A stretch of 64,000 bases of DNA, from contig CM082597.2 of the NCBI GenBank assembly GCA_040954595.2, positions 3,313,914 through 3,377,913 of the forward strand, in the 5' to 3' direction. The stretch comes from Balanoglossus misakiensis (taxonomy: Eukaryota; Animalia; Hemichordata). This document shows positions 56,801-64,000 of the stretch, one piece after another. A model generated the notes under the pieces. The model searched no databases and was not told where the DNA came from. It saw only the letters and a list, made by a program, of their open reading frames with translations. Made by a program: the position numbers and the translations under genes. Numbering within the stretch: the first letter of the stretch is position 1; each line of letters begins with the position of its first letter.

Positions 56801-59800
56801 GGCAACTCGAAAATTCGCGGTTTTTCGACAAAAACCATGATGGTTAACCCATGAAAAATGTTCAAATCGGCCGAAAATCTCGAAATTCGGCAACTCGAAA
56901 ATTCGCGGTTTTTCGACAAAAACCATGATGGTTAACCCATGAAAAATGTTCAAATCGGCCGAAAATCTCGAAATTCGGCAACTCGAAAATTCGCGGTTTT
57001 TCGACAAAAACCATGATGGTTAACCCATGAAAAATGTTCAAATCGGCCGAAAATCTCGAAATTCGGCAACTCGAAAATTCGCGGTTTTTCGACAAAAACC
57101 ATGATGGTTAACCCATGAAAAATGTTCAAATCGGCCGAAAATCTCGAAATTCGGCAACTCGAAAATTGGCGGTTTTTCGACAAAAACCATGATGGTTAAC
57201 CCATGAAAAATGTTCAAATCGGCCGAAAATCTCGAAATTCGGCAACTCGAAAATTCGCGGTTTTTCGACAAAAACCATGATGGTTAACCCATGAAAAATG
57301 TTCAAATCGGCCGAAAATCTCGAAATTCGGCAACTCGAAAATTCGCGGTTTTTCGACAAAAACCATGATGGTTAACCCATGAAAAATGTTCAAATCGGCC
57401 GAAAATCTCGAAATTCGGCAACTCGAAAATTCGCGGTTTTTCGACAAAAACCATGATGGTTAACCCATGAAAAATGTTCAAATCGGCCGAAATCCCGAAA
57501 TTCGGCAACTCGAAAATTCGCGGTTTTTCGACAAAAACCATGATGGTTAACCCATGAAAAATGTTCAAATCGGCCGAAAATCCCGAAATTCGGCAACTCG
57601 AAAATTCGCGGTTTTTCGACAAAAACCATGATGGTTAACCCATGAAAAATGTTCAAATCGGTCGAAAATCTCGAAATTCGGCAACTCGAAAATTCGCGGT
57701 TTTTCGACAAAAACCATGATGGTTAACCCATGAAAAATGTTCAAATCGGCCGAAAATCTCGAAATTCGGCAACTCGAAAATTCGCGGTTTTTCGACAAAA
57801 ACCATGATGGTTAACCCATGAAAAATGTTCAAATCGGCCGAAAATCTCGAAATTCGGCAACTCGAAAATTCGCGGTTTTTCGACAAAAACCATGATGGTT
57901 AACCCATGAAAAATGTTCAAATCGGCCGAAAATCTCGAAATTCGGCAACTCGAAAATTCGCGGTTTTTCGACAAAAACCATGATGGTTAACCCATGAAAA
58001 ATGTTCAAATCGGCCGAAAATCTCGAAATTCGGCAACTCGAAAATTCGCGGTTTTTCGACAAAAACCATGATGGTTAACCCATGAAAAATGTTCAAATCG
58101 GCCGAAAATCTCGAAATTCGGCAACTCGAAAATTCGCGGTTTTTCGACAAAAACCATGATGGTTAACCCATGAAAAATGTTCAAATCGGCCGAAAATCTC
58201 GAAATTCGGCAACTCGAAAATTCGCGGTTTTTCGACAAAAACCATGATGGTTAACCCATGAAAAATGTTCAAATCGGCCGAAAATCCCGAAATTCGGCAA
58301 CTCGAAAATTCGCGGTTTTTCGACAAAAACCATGATGGTTAACCCATGAAAAATGTTCAAATCGGCCGAAAATCCGAAATTCGGCAACTCGAAAATTCGC
58401 GGTTTTTCGACAAAAACCATGATGGTTAACCCATGAAAAATGTTCAAATCGGTCGAAAATCTCGAAATTCGGCAACTCGAAAATTCGCGGTTTTTCGACA
58501 AAAACCATGATGGTTAACCCATGAAAAATGTTCAAATCGGCCGAAAATCTCGAAATTCGGCAACTCGAAAATTCGCGGTTTTTCGACAAAAACCATGATG
58601 GTTAACCCATGAAAAATGTTCAAATCGGCCGAAAATCTCGAAATTCGGCAACTCGAAAATTGGCGGTTTTTCGACAAAAACCATGATGGTTAACCCATGA
58701 AAAATGTTCAAATCGGCCGAAAATCTCGAAATTCGGCAACTCGAAAATTCGCGGTTTTTCGACAAAAACCATGATGGTTAACCCATGAAAAATGTTCAAA
58801 TCGGCCGAAAATCTCGAAATTCGGCAACTCGAAAATTCGCGGTTTTCGACAAAAACCATGATGGTTAACCCATGAAAAATGTTCAAATCGGCCGAAAATC
58901 CCGAAATTCGGCAACTCGAAAATTCGCGGTTTTTCGACAAAACCATGATGGTTAACCCATGAAAAATGTTCAAATCGGTCGAAAATCTCGAAATTCGGCA
59001 ACTCGAAAATTCGCGGTTTTTCGACAAAAACCATGATGGTTAACCCATGAAAAATGTTCAAATCGGCCGAAAATCTCGAAATTCGGCAACTCGAAAATTC
59101 GCGGTTTTTCGACAAAAACCATGATGGTTAACCCATGAAAAATGTTCAAATCGGCCGAAAATCTCGAAATTCGGCAACTCGAAAATTGGCGGTTTTTCGA
59201 CAAAAACCATGATGGTTAACCCATGAAAAATGTTCAAATCGGCCGAAAATCTCGAAATTCGGCAACTCGAAAATTCGCGGTTTTTCGACAAAAACCATGA
59301 TGGTTAACCCATGAAAAATGTTCAAATCGGCCGAAAATCTCGAAATTCGGCAACTCGAAAATTCGCGGTTTTTCGACAAAAACCATGATGGTTAACCCAT
59401 GAAAAATGTTCAAATCGGCCGAAAATCTCGAAATTCGGCAACTCGAAAATTCGCGGTTTTTCGACAAAAACCATGATGGTTAACCCATGAAAAATGTTCA
59501 AATCGGCCGAAAATCTCGAAATTCGGCAACTCGAAAATTCGCGGTTTTTCGACAAAAACCATGATGGTTAACCCATGAAAAATGTTCAAATCGGCCGAAA
59601 ATCTCGAAATTCGGCAACTCGAAAATTCGCGGTTTTTCGACAAAAACCATGATGGTTAACCCATGAAAAATGTTCAAATCGGCCGAAAATCTCGAAATTC
59701 GGCAACTCGAAAATTCGCGGTTTTTCGACAAAAACCATGATGGTTAACCCATGAAAAATGTTCAAATCGGCCGAAAATCTCGAAATTCGGCAACTCGAAA

Positions 59801-62800
59801 ATTCGCGGTTTTCGACAAAAACCATGATGGTTAACCCATGAAAAATGTTCAAATCGGCCGAAAATCTCGAAATTCGGCAACTCGAAAATTCGCGGTTTTT
59901 CGACAAAAACCATGATGGTTAACCCATGAAAAATGTTCAAATCGGCCGAAAATCTCGAAATTCGGCAACTCGAAAATTCGCGGTTTTTCGACAAAAACCA
60001 TGATGGTTAACCCATGAAAAATGTTCAAATCGGCCGAAAATCTCGAAATTCGGCAACTCGAAAATTCGCGGTTTTTCGACAAAAACCATGATGGTTAACC
60101 CATGAAAAATGTTCAAATCGGCCGAAAATCCCGAAATTCGGCAACTCGAAAATTCGCGGTTTTTCGACAAAAACCATGATGGTTAACCCATGAAAAATGT
60201 TCAAATCGGCCGAAAATCCCGAAATTCGGCAACTCGAAAATTCGCGGTTTTTCGACAAAAACCATGATGGTTAACCCATGAAAAATGTTCAAATCGGTCG
60301 AAAATCTCGAAATTCGGCAACTCGAAAATTCGCGGTTTTTCGACAAAAACCATGATGGTTAACCCATGAAAAATGTTCAAATCGGCCGAAAATCTCGAAA
60401 TTCGGCAACTCGAAAATTCGCGGTTTTTCGACAAAAACCATGATGGTTAACCCATGAAAAATGTTCAAATCGGCCGAAAATCTCGAAATTCGGCAACTCG
60501 AAAATTCGCGGTTTTTCGACAAAAACCATGATGGTTAACCCATGAAAAATGTTCAAATCGGCCGAAAATCTCGAAATTCGGCAACTCGAAAATTCGCGGT
60601 TTTTCGACAAAAACCATGATGGTTAACCCATGAAAAATGTTCAAATCGGCCGAAAATCTCGAAATTCGGCAACTCGAAAATTCGTGGTTTTTCGACAAAA
60701 ACCATGATGGTTAACCCATTGAAAATGTTCAAATCGGCCGAAAATCTCGAAATTCGGCAACTCGAAAATTCGCGGTTTTTCGACAAAAACCATGATGGTT
60801 AACCCATGAAAAATGTTCAAATCGGCCGAAAATCTCGAAATTCGGCAACTCGAAAATTCGCGGTTTTTCGACAAAAACCATGATGGTTAACCCATGAAAA
60901 ATGTTCAAATCGGCCGAAAATCTCGAAATTCGGCAACTCGAAATTCGCGGTTTTTCGACAAAAACCATGATGGTTAACCCATGAAAAATGTTCAAATCGG
61001 CCGAAAATCTCGAAATTCGGCAACTCGAAAATTCGCGGTTTTTCGACAAAAACCATGATGGTTAACCCATGAAAAATGTTCAAATCGGCCGAAAATCTCG
61101 AAATTCGGCAACTCGAAAATTCGCGGTTTTTCGACAAAAACCATGATGGTTAACCCATGAAAAATGTTCAAATCGGCCGAAAATCTCGAAATTCGGCAAC
61201 TCTAAAATTGGCGGTTTTTCGACAAAAACCATGATGGTTAACCCATGAAAAATGTTCAAATCGGCCGAAAATCTCGAAATTCGGCAACTCGAAAATTGGC
61301 GGTTTTTCGACAAAAACCATGATGGTTAACCCATGAAAAATGTTCAAATCGGCCGAAAATCTCGAAATTCGGCAACTCGAAAATTGGCGGTTTTTCGACA
61401 AAAACCATGATGGTTAACCCATGAAAAATGTTCAAATCGGCCGAAAATCTCGAAATTCGGCAACTCGAAAATTGGCGGTTTTTCGACAAAAACCATGATG
61501 GTTAACCCATGAAAAATGTTCAAATCGGCCGAAAATCTCGAAATTCGGCAACTCGAAAATTCGCGGTTTTTCGACAAAAACCATGATGGTTAACCCATGA
61601 AAAATGTTCAAAATCGGCCGAAAATCTCGAAATTCGGCAACTCGAAAATTCGCGGTTTTTCGACAAAAACCATGATGGTTAACCCATGAAAAATGTTCAA
61701 ATCGGCCGAAAATCTCGAAATTCGGCAACTCGAAAATTCGCGGTTTTTCGACAAAAACCATGATGGTTAACCCATGAAAAATGTTCAAATCGGCCGAAAA
61801 TCTCGAAATTCGGCAACTCGAAAATTCGCGGTTTTTCGACAAAAACCATGATGGTTAACCCATGAAAAATGTTCAAATCGGCCGAAAATCTCGAAATTCG
61901 GCAACTCGAAAATTCGCGGTTTTTCGACAAAAACCATGATGGTTAACCCATGAAAAATGTTCAAATCGGCCTCTCGAAATTCGGCAACTCGAAAATTCGC
62001 GGTTTTTCGACAAAAACCATGATGGTTAACCCATGAAAAATGTTCAAATCGGCCGAAAATCCCGAAATTCGGCAACTCGAAAATTCGCGGTTTTTCGACA
62101 AAAACCATGATGGTTAACCCATGAAAAATATTCAAATCGGCCGAAAATCTCGAAATTCGGCAACTCGAAAATTCGCGGTTTTTCGACAAAAACCATGATG
62201 GTTAACCCATGAAAAATGTTCAAATCGGCCGAAAATCCCGAAATTCGGCAACTCGAAAATTCGCGGTTTTTCGACAAAAACCATGATGGTTAACCCATGA
62301 AAAATGTTCAAATCGGCCGAAAATCTCGAAATTCGGCAACTCGAAAATTCGCGGTTTTTCGACAAAAACCATGATGGTTAACCAATGAAAAATGTTCAAA
62401 TCGGCCGAAAATCTCGAAATTCGGCAACTCGAAAATTCGTGGTTTTTCGACAAAAACCATGATGGTTAACCCATTGAAAATGTTCAAATCGGCCGAAAAT
62501 CTCGAAATTCGGCAACTCGAAAATTCGCGGTTTTTCGACAAAAACCATGATGGTTAACCCATGAAAAATGTTCAAATCGGCCGAAAATCTCGAAATTCGG
62601 CAACTCGAAAATTCGCGGTTTTTCGACAAAAACCATGATGGTTAACCCATGAAAAATGTTCAAATCGGCCGAAAATCTCGAAATTCGGCAACTCGAAAAT
62701 TCGCGGTTTTTCGACAAAAACCATGATGGTTAACCCATGAAAAATGTTCAAATCGGCCGAAAATCTCGAAATTCGGCAACTCGAAAATTCGCGGTTTTTC

Positions 62801-64000
62801 GACAAAAACCATGATGGTTAACCCATGAAAAATGTTCAAATCGGCCGAAAATCTCGAAATTCGGCAACTCGAAAATTCGCGGTTTTTCGACAAAAACCAT
62901 GATGGTTAACCCATGAAAAATGTTCAAATCGGCCGAAAATCTCGAAATTCGGCAACTCTAAAATTGGCGGTTTTTCGACAAAAACCATGATGGTTAACCC
63001 ATGAAAAATGTTCAAATCGGCCGAAAATCTCGAAATTCGGCAACTCGAAATTGGCGGTTTTTCGACAAAAACCATGATGGTTAACCCATGAAAAATGTTC
63101 AAATCGGCCGAAAATCTCGAAATTCGGCAACTCGAAAATTGGCGGTTTTTCGACAAAAACCATGATGGTTAACCCATGAAAAATGTTCAAATCGGCCGAA
63201 AATCTCGAAATTCGGCAACTCGAAAATTGGCGGTTTTTCGACAAAACCATGATGGTTAACCCATGAAAAATGTTCAAATCGGCCGAAAATCTCGAAATTC
63301 GGCAACTCGAAAATTCGCGGTTTTTCGACAAAAACCATGATGGTTAACCCATGAAAAATGTTCAAATCGGCCGAAAATCTCGAAATTCGGCAACTCGAAA
63401 ATTCGCGGTTTTTCGACAAAAACCATGATGGTTAACCCATGAAAAATGTTCAAATCGGCCGAAAATCTCGAAATTCGGCAACTCGAAAATTCGCGGTTTT
63501 TCGACAAAAACCATGATGGTTAACCCATGAAAAATGTTCAAATCGGCCGAAAATCTCGAAATTCGGCAACTCGAAAATTCGCGGTTTTTCGACAAAAACC
63601 TGATGGTTAACCCATGAAAAATGTTCAAATCGGCCGAAAATCTCGAAATTCGGCAACTCGAAAATTCGCGGTTTTTCGACAAAAACCATGATGGTTAACC
63701 CATGAAAATGTTCAAATCGGCCTCTCGAAATTCGGCAACTCGAAAATTCGCGGTTTTTCGACAAAAACCATGATGGTTAACCCATGAAAAATGTTCAAAT
63801 CGGCCGAAAATCCCACTCTCACGAAATTCGGCAACTCGAAAATTCGCGGTTTTTCGACAAAAACCATGATGGTTAACCCATGAAAATATTCAATCGGCCG
63901 AAAATCCCTCGAAATTCGGCAACTCGAAAATTCGCGTGTTTTTCGACAAAAACCCATGATGGTTAACCCATGAAAAATGTTCAAATCGGCCGAAAATCCC
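47865..64000. repeat. 88-bp tandem satellite DNA, ~180 copies, running off the window end
   Basis: The unit ttcaaatcggccgaaaatctcgaaattcggcaactcgaaaattcgcggtttttcgacaaaaaccatgatggttaacccatgaaaaatg repeats with near identity from 48061. Divergent units and an inverted fragment lie at 47865-48060. Confidence 0.99.

Noticed and set aside
47992-63984. ~180 near-identical 77-136 aa ORFs (MSKNREFSSCRISRF...)
   Set aside because: These are an artefact of translating an 88-bp tandem repeat through three frames. They use non-ATG starts, and indels shift the frames freely.
48061-64000. CRISPR array
   Set aside because: There are no unique spacers: whole units are identical. The context is eukaryotic and no cas genes are present.
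63560-64000. Apparent divergence of the satellite at the window end
   Set aside because: It consists mostly of scattered small indels, as expected from low-coverage consensus errors near a contig end. It cannot be called biological without reads.

Overview
This is eukaryotic (animal) genomic DNA with GT-AG introns. Gene content and composition suggest an invertebrate deuterostome, but the species cannot be determined from this window. The first ~47.7 kb is gene-dense. In order it holds the 3' end of a CBL E3 ligase (+), AAR2 (-, single coding exon), a 15-coding-exon PHLDB/LL5 gene (+, FHA-coiled coil-PH, ~1157 aa), a 3-exon secreted single CysD/WxxW-domain protein (-, ~127 aa), an uncharacterised coiled-coil gene with an unresolved exon-phase break (-), TBC1D23 (+, 16 coding exons, ~676 aa) and a TRIM-NHL gene with an uninterrupted CDS ending in a CaaX box, CVIL (-). 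About ten copies of a ~90-bp TTAA/CCC...GGG piggyBac-type MITE and a few other short inverted-repeat elements lie in introns and UTRs. From ~47.87 kb to the window end runs a very homogeneous, CpG-rich, palindrome-rich 88-bp satellite (~180 copies). It has a divergent, partly inverted edge and nascent higher-order structure. The most interesting items are the putatively prenylated TRIM-NHL protein, the satellite abutting its 5' end, and CBL-PHLDB-TBC1D23 linkage mirroring vertebrate paralogons. All gene models were assembled by hand from splice sites and reading-frame phase; no database searches were run.
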